Shown: piece by piece, positions 56,074 through 64,000 of the stretch
Layout of the letters: the number at the start of each line of letters is the position of its first letter
How positions within the stretch are numbered: the first letter of the stretch is position 1
Assembly (NCBI GenBank): GCA_034437655.1
Contig: DAOTTU010000044.1
Location: 265,584-329,583 of the forward strand
Length of the DNA: 64,000 nucleotides
Source: Anaerolineae bacterium
GTDB taxonomy: Bacteria > Chloroflexota > Anaerolineae > Aggregatilineales > J027
Reading direction: 5' to 3'
Notes under the pieces: generated by a model
Told to the model about the DNA's origin: nothing
Databases searched by the model: none
Seen by the model: the letters and a program-made list of their open reading frames with translations, nothing else
Program-made: the position numbers and the translations under genes

Positions 56074-56472
56074 ATGGAATCCCGCCCTGAAACACTGCTC
56101 AGCACATTGGAAGCATACATGGGTGCGCTGCGGAATAAAGATCGCCAGCAAGCACTGGAGCTTTTCGCAGGTAGCGGTATTATTCGCGACCCAGTAGGGC
56201 AGAGTGAATATGCTGGCAAAGAAGCCGTTGGCCAATACCTCGACGTGTTGTTTGCAACATGGTTTTACTACGAAATCCGTATCGACAATTACTTTCCCGG
56301 TAGCGACGACCGTATGGCGGTACGCTGGTCAGTAAGCGGTACGGCCGTGAACAATAAAACCGCCGACTTTAGCGGTATCAGTATTTTTGTGTTCGACGCC
56401 AATTTGCGCATTGTCAGTATTGAAAGCTACTGGCACTATGAGCGTATTCTCGCCCAAATCAAAGACGACTAA
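56074..56472 (+). CDS. NTF2-like / SnoaL-like (ketosteroid-isomerase-fold) protein
   Basis: The ORF track gives 55996..56472. The ATG at 56074 follows GGAGTA. The sequence reads LEAYMGALRNKD...FAGSGIIRDPVG...MAVRWSVSG. Confidence 0.55.
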   Translation: MESRPETLLSTLEAYMGALRNKDRQQALELFAGSGIIRDPVGQSEYAGKEAVGQYLDVLFATWFYYEIRIDNYFPGSDDRMAVRWSVSGTAVNNKTADFSGISIFVFDANLRIVSIESYWHYERILAQIKDD

Positions 56473-56475
56473 CCC

Positions 56476-57102
56476 GTGCCTACCGAATTGGTCATCCTCT
56501 ACACCGCCAACTTACACGCCGACTTCGCACGTATGGCGCGGTTTGCCACCCAAATCCAGGCGATACGCGGACAATACGGTCCAGAGCCACACCCCATCCT
56601 ACTGCTAGACATTGGCCAAGCCTGGTCAACGGATGTATGGGTATCACGAGTCACAGAACACCGTGCCCCATACCTGGTGCTGGATGCCATGGCCTATCAT
56701 GTCGCACACGCTGATGGTCTGAATGTGGGTGCAATTCTGGGCTTACAAGGCGTTGTACAGTTACAGTTGATGGATCACACTATTGTGCGGCGCTGGCAAT
56801 GGCGTGATATAGTGGTCAATATCGGACCGCGTGCGGTTGAGCCGTGCGTACGCTGGAACTGGGAAAGCTCCTCGTCGGGCGAAGACTGGTATCAGGGCGG
56901 CCGCGGCTGCTTGACTTTGTTTCCGGTTGATGGCATCGGACATCTGGAAGTCAGTTATCCAGACATGACGGTGCAGCAAGCCACATTGCACGCTGTACTG
57001 TCTGGCACACGCCCCGACCCGACTATTGTGGCGACGACCGAATATGTAGAGCGCGAAGCCCGATTTTATGAGTCCAAGCAGAAAGGCAACTCCGCTGACT
57101 GA
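56476..57102 (+). CDS. Hypothetical protein resembling the N-terminal half of a 5'-nucleotidase-type metallophosphoesterase, with metal ligands substituted
   Basis: 208 aa with a GTG start, beginning 3 nt after the previous stop. By-eye comparisons: ILYTANLHA versus the canonical ILHTNDxHG, LLLDIGQ versus LxLDAGD, and no GNHEFD. Confidence 0.35.
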   Translation: MPTELVILYTANLHADFARMARFATQIQAIRGQYGPEPHPILLLDIGQAWSTDVWVSRVTEHRAPYLVLDAMAYHVAHADGLNVGAILGLQGVVQLQLMDHTIVRRWQWRDIVVNIGPRAVEPCVRWNWESSSSGEDWYQGGRGCLTLFPVDGIGHLEVSYPDMTVQQATLHAVLSGTRPDPTIVATTEYVEREARFYESKQKGNSAD

Positions 57103-58007
57103 TGCGACTAGAAAAGCTGTGTGATGCATTGGATGAATATTTCAACGTCAGTGCTTTCGATGAGAAAGACTGGCAAGACCTGATCTCTGAAGCTGAGCGA
57201 GGCGCGTTTTTGCGGTTTCTGCGTCCAGAATACGTCAACGGTAGCTGGAACGGGCTCATGCTCAACAACACCCCGGCTGATGATGATATTGAACGGGTGT
57301 ATCTCCTGGTGTATCCCAATCAGGAAGTGCTTGATACGATTATTGCACGTGAGGTCGAGCGTGGTGCCCCCGGGGCGATGATCTTCAGCTATCAACCGAT
57401 TGCCTATCATGAAGACGATGCTGACTATAAGGTCATTGCGACCGAACAGCTCGAAGAGCTTCAAGAACACAATATCAGTCTCTATGTATGCCATGCCCCA
57501 CTGGACTGTCACCCGGAAACCAATACGGCTGGTGCAATTGCCGACGCGCTGGGTCTGGAAGATCAAGCACGCTTCGGTGAGCATTATGGTGGTCTGGGCT
57601 GCGTGCAAGGGCGCATTGGGGCGACAACCTTTGAAAACCTCACTACACGCATTGCAGAGATCAGTGAACTGCCTTATCTGCGCTATGACCAGATTCGCCA
57701 CAACGGCAAACCCATTCAACAAGTGGCAATCGCCCCCGGTGGCGTAAATACCGCCTTTATGGATGAAGCCGCCCGTCGTGGTGCAGACACGTTCATTACT
57801 GGCCATTGGTGGCTATATGGCAGCAGCGGGTTTGCGACCAACAGCCGCGAACGTATGCGTGAGTATGTTGCCAAAAACGGCATGAACCTGGTCGGCACCT
57901 CACGGTATAGCAATGCGCTGATCGTGATGCGAGATTATGTGCCAGATGTCTTTCGGCCACACAACATCGAGACCATTCTCATTCGCCAGGAGAATCACTG
58001 GCAATAG
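57102..58007 (+). CDS. NIF3-like (DUF34 / GTP cyclohydrolase 1 type 2 homologue) protein, divergent
   Basis: 301 aa with a TGATG stop/start overlap. LYVCHAPLDCHPETNTAGAIADALGL resembles the NIF3 HTNxD...N..LA..LGL block. Other metal-site blocks look substituted. Confidence 0.5.
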   Translation: MRLEKLCDALDEYFNVSAFDEKDWQDLISEAERGAFLRFLRPEYVNGSWNGLMLNNTPADDDIERVYLLVYPNQEVLDTIIAREVERGAPGAMIFSYQPIAYHEDDADYKVIATEQLEELQEHNISLYVCHAPLDCHPETNTAGAIADALGLEDQARFGEHYGGLGCVQGRIGATTFENLTTRIAEISELPYLRYDQIRHNGKPIQQVAIAPGGVNTAFMDEAARRGADTFITGHWWLYGSSGFATNSRERMREYVAKNGMNLVGTSRYSNALIVMRDYVPDVFRPHNIETILIRQENHWQ

Positions 58008-59638
58008 AGCGGCGCAATTCCTGAGAGCTGTTCCAGATCAAAAGCGATAACCTGATCGGCTACTTGCATCCTTAACACTCTGGCCTGCAATGTATCTGTC
58101 TCTACCCACAAGCGGCTCCGGTTTTCTCCCCAGAGCTTGAGTTGTTGCGCCAATCGACCACTCCGACTATCGAACAACAATACTTTTCCGCGCGGTGAGA
58201 CAAGTGTTAACGTGCAGCTACTACTCGAATACAGCACAGCGCGGGTTAAGAGTGTGGTGTCTATACCCAGAACGTCAGTCTGCCAGCGCACCACGCCATC
58301 CAGACCCAATGCAGTCAAACGGGTCGGGCTACCAAGTCCCCACAAGATCAAGTGGTCGCCATCCACTATCATCTGGGCATCGGTGCGGTTCACGGTAACG
58401 CCTTCAAGCAGCAGGTCGCGTTCACTATCCTGCCACAGCCAGATATCGCCCTGATCACGAATAATTAGCCCTTCACCCGCCCCGGCGATAACATCCGAAT
58501 TGGGGCGCAATTCCCATTCATCCACCAGGCGGCCGCGTGTGTCAAAAACTTGCAGACGATGGTCGGACATGTACAGCGCCAAATGGGTTGTGGTCGCAAC
58601 AGATTTGCGGATGCCTGCGTCAAGTTCGATGGTTTCCAGCGGCTGGCGCAACCCATTGTAGAAATAGACACCCATGTCGTTCATCAATACGAGATTTTGC
58701 CCAACCTGCAATGGCCCGGCGGTCAGGGTATCGTGTTCCGTTTCCCAGACTTCCAGCAGCCCGTCAGCAATCGCAAAGACCAGCACACGCCCATCGTCTG
58801 TCGCCAATAGTTGTGTGTCTGGCAAGGCCAGCAAACCGACTGCGCTCACTGAGTCTGCGAGCCGAAACTGCTGGGCCACTTGCCCATTAAGTGTGAGATA
58901 GCGCAGGAAGTTGCCATCGACATAAGCCAGCAGCCCACTTTCCATCACGACAGGCGGCGGAAATACACCATCTGGGTTGCTGGTGACAATATGCCACTCG
59001 TAGGCTGGATGCATCCAGGCGCGGCGATTGTCAATGAACTGGCGTGGGTTCAGCCACCCGGCCAGCCCCGGGTCCACCGGCCAATAGCCCGGTCCGGGCG
59101 CTAATGGGTCGAAGGTGCGAATTTCAAAGTGTAGATGCGGTGCCGGGCGCGGATCAGCAATAACCCCGACGACATCACCTTGCTGCACACACGAACCTGC
59201 CGCTGGAAATTGGATCGTCTCGCTTTCTTCGATGTGTCCATACAACGAATAAACACGCACCCCATCGCTGAAGACATGCTCCACAATAACCACACCCCGG
59301 TCACGTCCCCAACCTGTCGGGTTGGAATAAGTGACACGCCCCGGGGCAAAGGCATACACGGGCGCACCCAGACTTTCGCCTTCAATACGAATGTAGTCGT
59401 CGCCAGCGTGAAGGCGGCCGTCAAAGCGCTGGTTTGGACGGCCAAAAGGATTGACCAGCATAAATTCACTACGGTCTACGGGATAGGCCAGTTGGTCTTC
59501 AGTGGAAATTACATCACAGGTTTGTGGTTGTTGTTTTTGCAGAGGCGTAGCTGCGGGTGCATCAGACATAGCAATCGCCGCTGCCCCTACATAGAGGAGC
59601 ATCAGCACAGTAGCAAAAATGAGGACGGAGCGCGGCAC
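57995..59638 (-). CDS. M23 (LytM-type) metallopeptidase fused to a C-terminal beta-propeller-like domain
   Basis: 547 aa with a signal/anchor. Motifs are HAGDDY (HxxxD), GHIEES and PHLHFEI (HxH). The long C-terminal region has a repetitive beta character. Confidence 0.75.
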   Translation of the reverse strand: MPRSVLIFATVLMLLYVGAAAIAMSDAPAATPLQKQQPQTCDVISTEDQLAYPVDRSEFMLVNPFGRPNQRFDGRLHAGDDYIRIEGESLGAPVYAFAPGRVTYSNPTGWGRDRGVVIVEHVFSDGVRVYSLYGHIEESETIQFPAAGSCVQQGDVVGVIADPRPAPHLHFEIRTFDPLAPGPGYWPVDPGLAGWLNPRQFIDNRRAWMHPAYEWHIVTSNPDGVFPPPVVMESGLLAYVDGNFLRYLTLNGQVAQQFRLADSVSAVGLLALPDTQLLATDDGRVLVFAIADGLLEVWETEHDTLTAGPLQVGQNLVLMNDMGVYFYNGLRQPLETIELDAGIRKSVATTTHLALYMSDHRLQVFDTRGRLVDEWELRPNSDVIAGAGEGLIIRDQGDIWLWQDSERDLLLEGVTVNRTDAQMIVDGDHLILWGLGSPTRLTALGLDGVVRWQTDVLGIDTTLLTRAVLYSSSSCTLTLVSPRGKVLLFDSRSGRLAQQLKLWGENRSRLWVETDTLQARVLRMQVADQVIAFDLEQLSGIAPLYCQ

Positions 59639-59650
59639 AGGCGTTCACCT

Positions 59651-60577
59651 TCACCCAAAAAGTAACCGAGGGAAAAACCAGATCAGGCTTCCACTGACGA
59701 CCTGACAAATCCATGCCGCCGAAAGCCCATTGCGAAGCCTGACATAACTATACAGGAAACTGAGGAATGCAAAAAAGGCGGCAATCATCACCGCAAGCGT
59801 TAAGAACCCGCCAATTTCCATATGTGGGAAAAACAACACGATAGACCAGATGGTTGCCAACAGCGCGGTTAGGGGTAGGCTGCGGAATTGTTGCATGGCA
59901 CCACGAAAAAAGAGCGATTCAGCCGTTGGTTGCACAAAAACAACAGCCATGAAGACCCACGTGTCCATAATGCTGCGTGGAATATCGCCTGCATCGAACA
60001 TGCGCCCTGAAATATCTGCCATCGGGCCACCAAGCGCAATCAAAATCGGCAAGCCTACCCCCATCCCAAAACCCACGCCGGCAACCAGATCATCCAGATC
60101 ATTGCGCATCGCTTCCTGTTGGGCACGTCCTAGCACATAAGCCAGCACCCCGGCAATACATAGCAATGCCCACAGGATAACGTAGCGCACCACGGCGTCC
60201 AGCGGTGTTGAGCCGATGCTAATTGCCCCCACAACCATCATCGCGATAATGGGGTCGGCTTCACGTTGGAGCTTGAACCGTTCCTGACGTTCTGCTTCCA
60301 GTGCCGCGAGGATTTCGGGGGCTATTTCACGTTCGGTTGCAGCCGGGGTGGTGGCGTCTTCATCATGATCTTCGTCGTCGTCATCGTCACCTGTAAGCGG
60401 ACGGGCATGCGGCGTTCGGTCGCGCAAGACCTGTTCAAGCTGCTGCGCTTCCTTCATACTTTCGGGGGCAGCGGTTTCTTGCTCATCCGCTGTTGTGTCT
60501 GTATCGGTATCTGGCGGCGTGGCACGCGGCCAGGCCATTTCATCGGCGTTATGATCCTCTGGGGGTGAGGATGTCAT
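59651..60577 (-). CDS. CPBP-family (CAAX/Abi-like) intramembrane protease with an acidic disordered N-terminus
   Basis: 308 aa, polytopic. A motif-1-like AESLFFRGAMQ is present. The start overlaps the ltaE stop by 4 nt. Confidence 0.55.
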   Translation of the reverse strand: MTSSPPEDHNADEMAWPRATPPDTDTDTTADEQETAAPESMKEAQQLEQVLRDRTPHARPLTGDDDDDEDHDEDATTPAATEREIAPEILAALEAERQERFKLQREADPIIAMMVVGAISIGSTPLDAVVRYVILWALLCIAGVLAYVLGRAQQEAMRNDLDDLVAGVGFGMGVGLPILIALGGPMADISGRMFDAGDIPRSIMDTWVFMAVVFVQPTAESLFFRGAMQQFRSLPLTALLATIWSIVLFFPHMEIGGFLTLAVMIAAFFAFLSFLYSYVRLRNGLSAAWICQVVSGSLIWFFPRLLFG

Positions 60578-61614
60578 GCCAGTAGGCTCCGCATACGCTG
60601 TAGCACCAGGTCAATATGTTCTTCAGTGACCCAGTAATGCGTTACAAAACGGAATGAGCGCTTATGATAGGCACCGCGCACCTGAATGTTGTCTTTAGCA
60701 AGCGCGTCGGCTAGCTCAGACGGGGACAACGGTGCGTCATCCCGTAGACTGAAAAAGATCATGTTGGTTTTGACCTGCGCGAGGTCAATGTCGATGGCGT
60801 CAATCTCGGCAAGTCCTTCAGCCAGCCGACAAGCGTTTTGATGGTCATCTTGCAGGCGTTCGGTCATATCTTCAAGCGCGACAATCCCCGCTGCGGCGAT
60901 CATTCCGGCCTGACGCATTCCCCCACCGAGGGCTTTACGGGCGCGACGTGCTTCGTGGATGAATGCCTCGCTGCCGACCACCACCGAACCGACAGGCGCA
61001 CACAGTCCTTTCGAAAGACAAAACGTCAGGCTATCCGCTGACCGGGTGAGCCGTGCTACATCGACGCCAACGGCCGCCGCCGCGTTGAAAATGCGGGCCC
61101 CGTCAATGTGCAATTTGATGTCGTGCGCACGTGCCAGCGTACCCACGGCGTCGATATAGTCCGTGTTGAGCGGTTGACCACCCCGGCTGCCCTGCGAGTT
61201 TTCAACAGAAATTAATTTTGTGCGCGGGAAATGCGGGTCGTCGTCACGAATGGCGTGTTTTATGTCAACCAGCGACATTTTGCCTTCAGCATCAACGGGA
61301 ACAGGCATCGAATGAACGCCGCCGAGTGTGGCCGGATTGCCGGCCTCATAGAGGAAGGTGTGGCTGGGGTTGCCCATAATCGCCTCCTCGCCGCGACCAC
61401 AATGGGCTAGCAGCGACACCATATTGCCCATAGTGCCGCTGGTGACGAGCAAACCTGCTTCCTTGCCAAACCGTTCGGCCGCCAGCGCTTCTAATTCGTT
61501 AACGGTCGGGTCTTCGCCATAGACGTCATCGCCAACCGCAGCCGACGCCATCGCCTGACGCATCTTTTCGGTTGGCCATGTGACAGTGTCGCTGCGGAGG
61601 TCGATTCTATCCAT
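60574..61614 (-). CDS. ltaE: Low-specificity L-threonine aldolase
   Basis: 346 aa. The N-terminus reads IDLRSDTVTWPTEKMRQAM...GDDVYGEDPTVNELE. The PLP-lysine context is FCLSKGLCAPVGS. Confidence 0.85.
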   Translation of the reverse strand: MDRIDLRSDTVTWPTEKMRQAMASAAVGDDVYGEDPTVNELEALAAERFGKEAGLLVTSGTMGNMVSLLAHCGRGEEAIMGNPSHTFLYEAGNPATLGGVHSMPVPVDAEGKMSLVDIKHAIRDDDPHFPRTKLISVENSQGSRGGQPLNTDYIDAVGTLARAHDIKLHIDGARIFNAAAAVGVDVARLTRSADSLTFCLSKGLCAPVGSVVVGSEAFIHEARRARKALGGGMRQAGMIAAAGIVALEDMTERLQDDHQNACRLAEGLAEIDAIDIDLAQVKTNMIFFSLRDDAPLSPSELADALAKDNIQVRGAYHKRSFRFVTHYWVTEEHIDLVLQRMRSLLA

Positions 61615-61616
61615 GC

Positions 61617-62609
61617 TTAGTACTTCTTCGAAATACGCTTATAGGCGTCGGGCTGGCGTTCTTGAATCATCTGGAATTGTTCGCGATTCTTGCGGACTTC
61701 TTCGAGGTCAACACGTGCCACAGCAAAGCCTTCTGGTTGTTTCTGTGGGGTGTCGTCTTCTTTGGCTTTCTTGCTATCTTTCTTTTCAGATTTCTTGTCG
61801 GCTTTTTCATCGCCAGACTGATCGTCGTCGCCCTTGCTGTCCTTATCGTCGGCTTTCTTATCTTTGTCAGATGCGGCGCTCGGTGCTTCTTCAGTGCGAA
61901 TAGCAGCATAGACCTCACCACGCGGCCCGACGATCATACTTTCGCCACCAAAATTGAGGGTGACATCTTCACCGACGCGGTTAGAGGCTACGACATACAC
62001 GGCGTTTTCGAGGGCGCGGCTTTTAATATAGGTGCGGTACTCGTCCATGTAGGCGGTTTCCCAGTTGGTGAGCCCACAGATGATTTCTGCACCATCAAGG
62101 GCCAGGCTGCGGCTCACTTCGGGGAAGGCTAAGTCCCAACCGAGCATCAAGCCAATGTTGCCGATTTCGGTTTCAAAGACAGGGAATTTATAGCCCTCAC
62201 GGAAAGCCATGCGTTCTTCGCCGCGCAGATGGACTTTATTGTAATTGCCAATGAGTTCGCCGTCGGGGCCAACCAGCACTGCCGAGTTAAAAATGACGCT
62301 TTCGACCTTTTCTTTCGTGACAAGCCCAAAGGCAATGTACACACCATATTCGGCAGCACGCTGCGCCATCAAATTAATTGAAGGGCCCGGCACACGCTGC
62401 GCAACCTCTGTAAACCGCACACCCAGTTCATAGCCACTGGTGACTAGCTCAGGGAAAACAATCAAGTCAACTTTCTGTTGTGATGCAATACGGGATACAA
62501 AGCCTGACATTTTGACTAGATTGTCTTCTGGCTCGCCGAGTTTGGGTTCAAATTGTACGGTCGCTATGGTTACTTCGCGCATAGGGTCTCCAGATTGAGT
62601 TGGGTTCAA
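61617..62609 (-). CDS. Nitrilase-superfamily (CN-hydrolase) homologue lacking the catalytic Cys and carrying a K/D/S-rich insertion
   Basis: 330 aa. The Glu context is LIVFPELVTSGY and the Lys context is YNKVHL. The Cys position reads IGLMLGWDLAFPE, with Gly codon GGT at 62139-62141. The insertion reads SDKDKKADDKDSKGDDDQSGDEKADKKSEKKDSKKAKEDD. Confidence 0.75.
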   Translation of the reverse strand: MNPTQSGDPMREVTIATVQFEPKLGEPEDNLVKMSGFVSRIASQQKVDLIVFPELVTSGYELGVRFTEVAQRVPGPSINLMAQRAAEYGVYIAFGLVTKEKVESVIFNSAVLVGPDGELIGNYNKVHLRGEERMAFREGYKFPVFETEIGNIGLMLGWDLAFPEVSRSLALDGAEIICGLTNWETAYMDEYRTYIKSRALENAVYVVASNRVGEDVTLNFGGESMIVGPRGEVYAAIRTEEAPSAASDKDKKADDKDSKGDDDQSGDEKADKKSEKKDSKKAKEDDTPQKQPEGFAVARVDLEEVRKNREQFQMIQERQPDAYKRISKKY

Positions 62610-62706
62610 TTGATCATATTAACAGCGCATTATTGTAGCGAACATTTGAGCAAGTCGTCAACGGATGAAATCGCTCAATTAGACCGTAAACGAAAAAGGT
62701 TGTCCT

Positions 62707-62734
62707 TTGCAAAAACTTCTGGCTACGCGATAAT
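62707..62734 (+). promoter_or_regulatory. Candidate promoter for the second sortase gene
   Basis: TTGCAA, a 16-nt spacer, then GATAAT. Confidence 0.45.
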
Positions 62735-62772
62735 GGCAGGCATCTTTGCTGTTGTAAAATCGTTATTGTAAA

Positions 62773-63585
62773 GTGGGGTTTTGTCTAATGGGTACCTATC
62801 ATCCAATGGGAAAATCTGACCGGGGGCGTGGTGGCGTTGGCTGCCTGCTCGTGTTGCTGATTGTTGGTCTGGTTGGTGGAAGTGTGTTTTTTGTGGCGAA
62901 TAGCGTGTTGAATACCAATGACGACCTGATTGACTCTGCCCTTAACGACTTTGCAACTACACAGGCGATTATGAACAGTTCAACAGCAACGCCAAACTCC
63001 GGTGAGAATGCTGCTACTGCTGCCACTGAAGCGACCCTCTTCCCAACGCCTGATCTTAGCACTCAAGCGGGGCAAGAACGCTTTATCTATTTTCCGCAAG
63101 CGGACACCGTCGGCCGGATTGTGACTGCGGTGCGCGTGCCCGGCGGTTGGGACATTACCTATCTACAGAACCTTGTCGGTCATCTGGAAGGTACATCATG
63201 GCTGGGTGAAAGCGGCAACACAGTGCTGGCCGGGCATTTTGAGGATCAAGTCGGGGTGCCGGGACCATTCCGCTATCTGTACGCAGCCGAAATTGGCGAT
63301 GAGATTATCATCGAAGACCGTGCCACTGACGAGATTCTTGTGTATGAAGTGATTGATGTTTTCACCACCTCGCCCGACGACCTTGAAGTGCTGCGCCACA
63401 CCGATTCACCACGCCTGACGCTGATTACCTGCGACAACTGGAACCCCGACCGCGAGACGTACACGGAACGGGTAGTGGTCATTGCAGCGCCCGTCGGTGA
63501 ACGCCAGGAAGCCCCTGACGACATAGGTGACAGCGACAACGACAGTCAAGCATCGACAGGTTCAATTACGTCCGGGGAGTCATAA
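62773..63585 (+). CDS. Sortase-family transpeptidase (second copy)
   Basis: 270 aa. The start is either the GTG at 62773 or the ATG at 62788. The TM helix is GCLLVLLIVGLVGGSVFFV. Catalytic contexts are VLAGHFE (His), LTLITCDNW (Cys) and ERVVVIA (Arg). Confidence 0.8.
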   Translation: MGFCLMGTYHPMGKSDRGRGGVGCLLVLLIVGLVGGSVFFVANSVLNTNDDLIDSALNDFATTQAIMNSSTATPNSGENAATAATEATLFPTPDLSTQAGQERFIYFPQADTVGRIVTAVRVPGGWDITYLQNLVGHLEGTSWLGESGNTVLAGHFEDQVGVPGPFRYLYAAEIGDEIIIEDRATDEILVYEVIDVFTTSPDDLEVLRHTDSPRLTLITCDNWNPDRETYTERVVVIAAPVGERQEAPDDIGDSDNDSQASTGSITSGES

Positions 63586-64000
63586 GCAGCGTTATTGACT
63601 TTGCGCGACACCGCATACGCGACCATCCTATCAGAAGGATAGGGTTGCAGCAGGTCTTGCAACACCGCTGTGTCTTGAATGTCGCGGCTCAGCCAGGTTT
63701 CGTAGTGTTCGGGTGGCAAAATCACGGCCATGCGATGATGCAACGGCTTAATGAGATCGTTCGGTGTCCCGGTGATGATCGTACAGGACACGATTTTCTC
63801 GTCGCTTTCTTTGTCGCGCCACTGCTCCCACAGACCCGCCAGCCCAAACAATGCGCCGTCTTTCATACGGATATACATCGGTGTTTTTGAACCGTCGTCG
63901 TTCTTACGCCATTCGTAAAAGCCATCTGCTACGATTAAACAGCGGCGCTTACGATATGCGGTACGAAAACTGGGCTTTTCCGCCAGGGTTTCGGCGCGGG
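63546..64000 (-). CDS. SOS-response-associated peptidase (SRAP/YedK, DUF159), partial; the N-terminus lies beyond the window end
   Basis: The ORF track lists 63546..63878 from an internal Met. My translation continues open to 64000: ...AETLAEKPSFRTAYRKRRCLIVADGFYEWRKNDDGSKTPMYIRMKDGALFGLAGLWE. This is typical of SRAP. Confidence 0.75.
   Translation of the reverse strand, partial: RAETLAEKPSFRTAYRKRRCLIVADGFYEWRKNDDGSKTPMYIRMKDGALFGLAGLWEQWRDKESDEKIVSCTIITGTPNDLIKPLHHRMAVILPPEHYETWLSRDIQDTAVLQDLLQPYPSDRMVAYAVSRKVNNAAYDSPDVIEPVDA

Noticed and set aside
57108-57806. 232-aa minus-strand ORF antisense to the NIF3-like gene
   Set aside because: The plus-strand ORF is translationally coupled to its neighbours and carries the NIF3-like block. 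The antisense ORF has no motif support.
1-64000. Search for CRISPR arrays, IS elements or terminal inverted repeats, integrases, prophage genes, tRNA/rRNA genes and reverse transcriptase (DGR/retron/group II intron)
   Set aside because: No spaced direct-repeat array, no transposase, integrase or RT-like translation in the ORF track, and no cloverleaf-like segment in the longer intergenic regions were seen by eye. A proper scan (tRNAscan-SE, Infernal, ISfinder, minced) would be needed to be certain.

Overview
This is a dense, two-strand core-chromosome window with about 57 protein genes. I found no rRNA, tRNA, CRISPR array, transposase, integrase or phage genes. Gene content and protein style (P/T-rich linkers, Hanks-type kinases, sortases, a 4-domain S1, ClpC) suggest a Chloroflexota/Terrabacteria-like organism, but that is inference only.

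Housekeeping anchors:
- rpoB (17844-21791, minus)
- rpsA (46949-48445)
- clpC (48766-51405)
- asnS (39921-41264)
- fabD (6566-7513, minus)

Metabolic sets:
- kynB/kynU
- pncA-like/pncB
- two nitrilase-superfamily genes
- ltaE

One clear cis-regulatory RNA is present. A TPP riboswitch at about 51574-51718 has an SD-sequestering, terminator-like hairpin. It heads a thiamine-salvage operon: thiN, an MTH1187/YkoF-like binder, thiXYZ and DUF402.

Envelope and signalling content:
- a TgpA-like transglutaminase cluster
- two sortases
- a LysM protein
- an M23 peptidase fused to a beta-propeller
- a CPBP protease
- SPFH, TolB-like and HEAT proteins
- an OmpR/HK pair
- a single ORF fusing a Ser/Thr kinase, a receiver domain and a LuxR HTH

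I did not find a compelling self-contained novel system such as a defence island or mobile element. The most unusual items are:
- the kinase-receiver-HTH fusion
- a nitrilase-superfamily protein whose catalytic Cys is replaced by Gly and which carries a K/D/S-rich insertion
- DUF402 translationally coupled to the riboswitch-controlled thiamine transporter
- a cluster of apparently degenerate nucleotide-enzyme homologues just downstream of it
- a P/Q-rich tail with a 117-bp tandem duplication, encoded next to the transglutaminase
- a solitary rpoB with a perfect consensus promoter and its own terminator, and no rpoC

All functional calls come from motif recognition by eye in the supplied translations. 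No database search was run.
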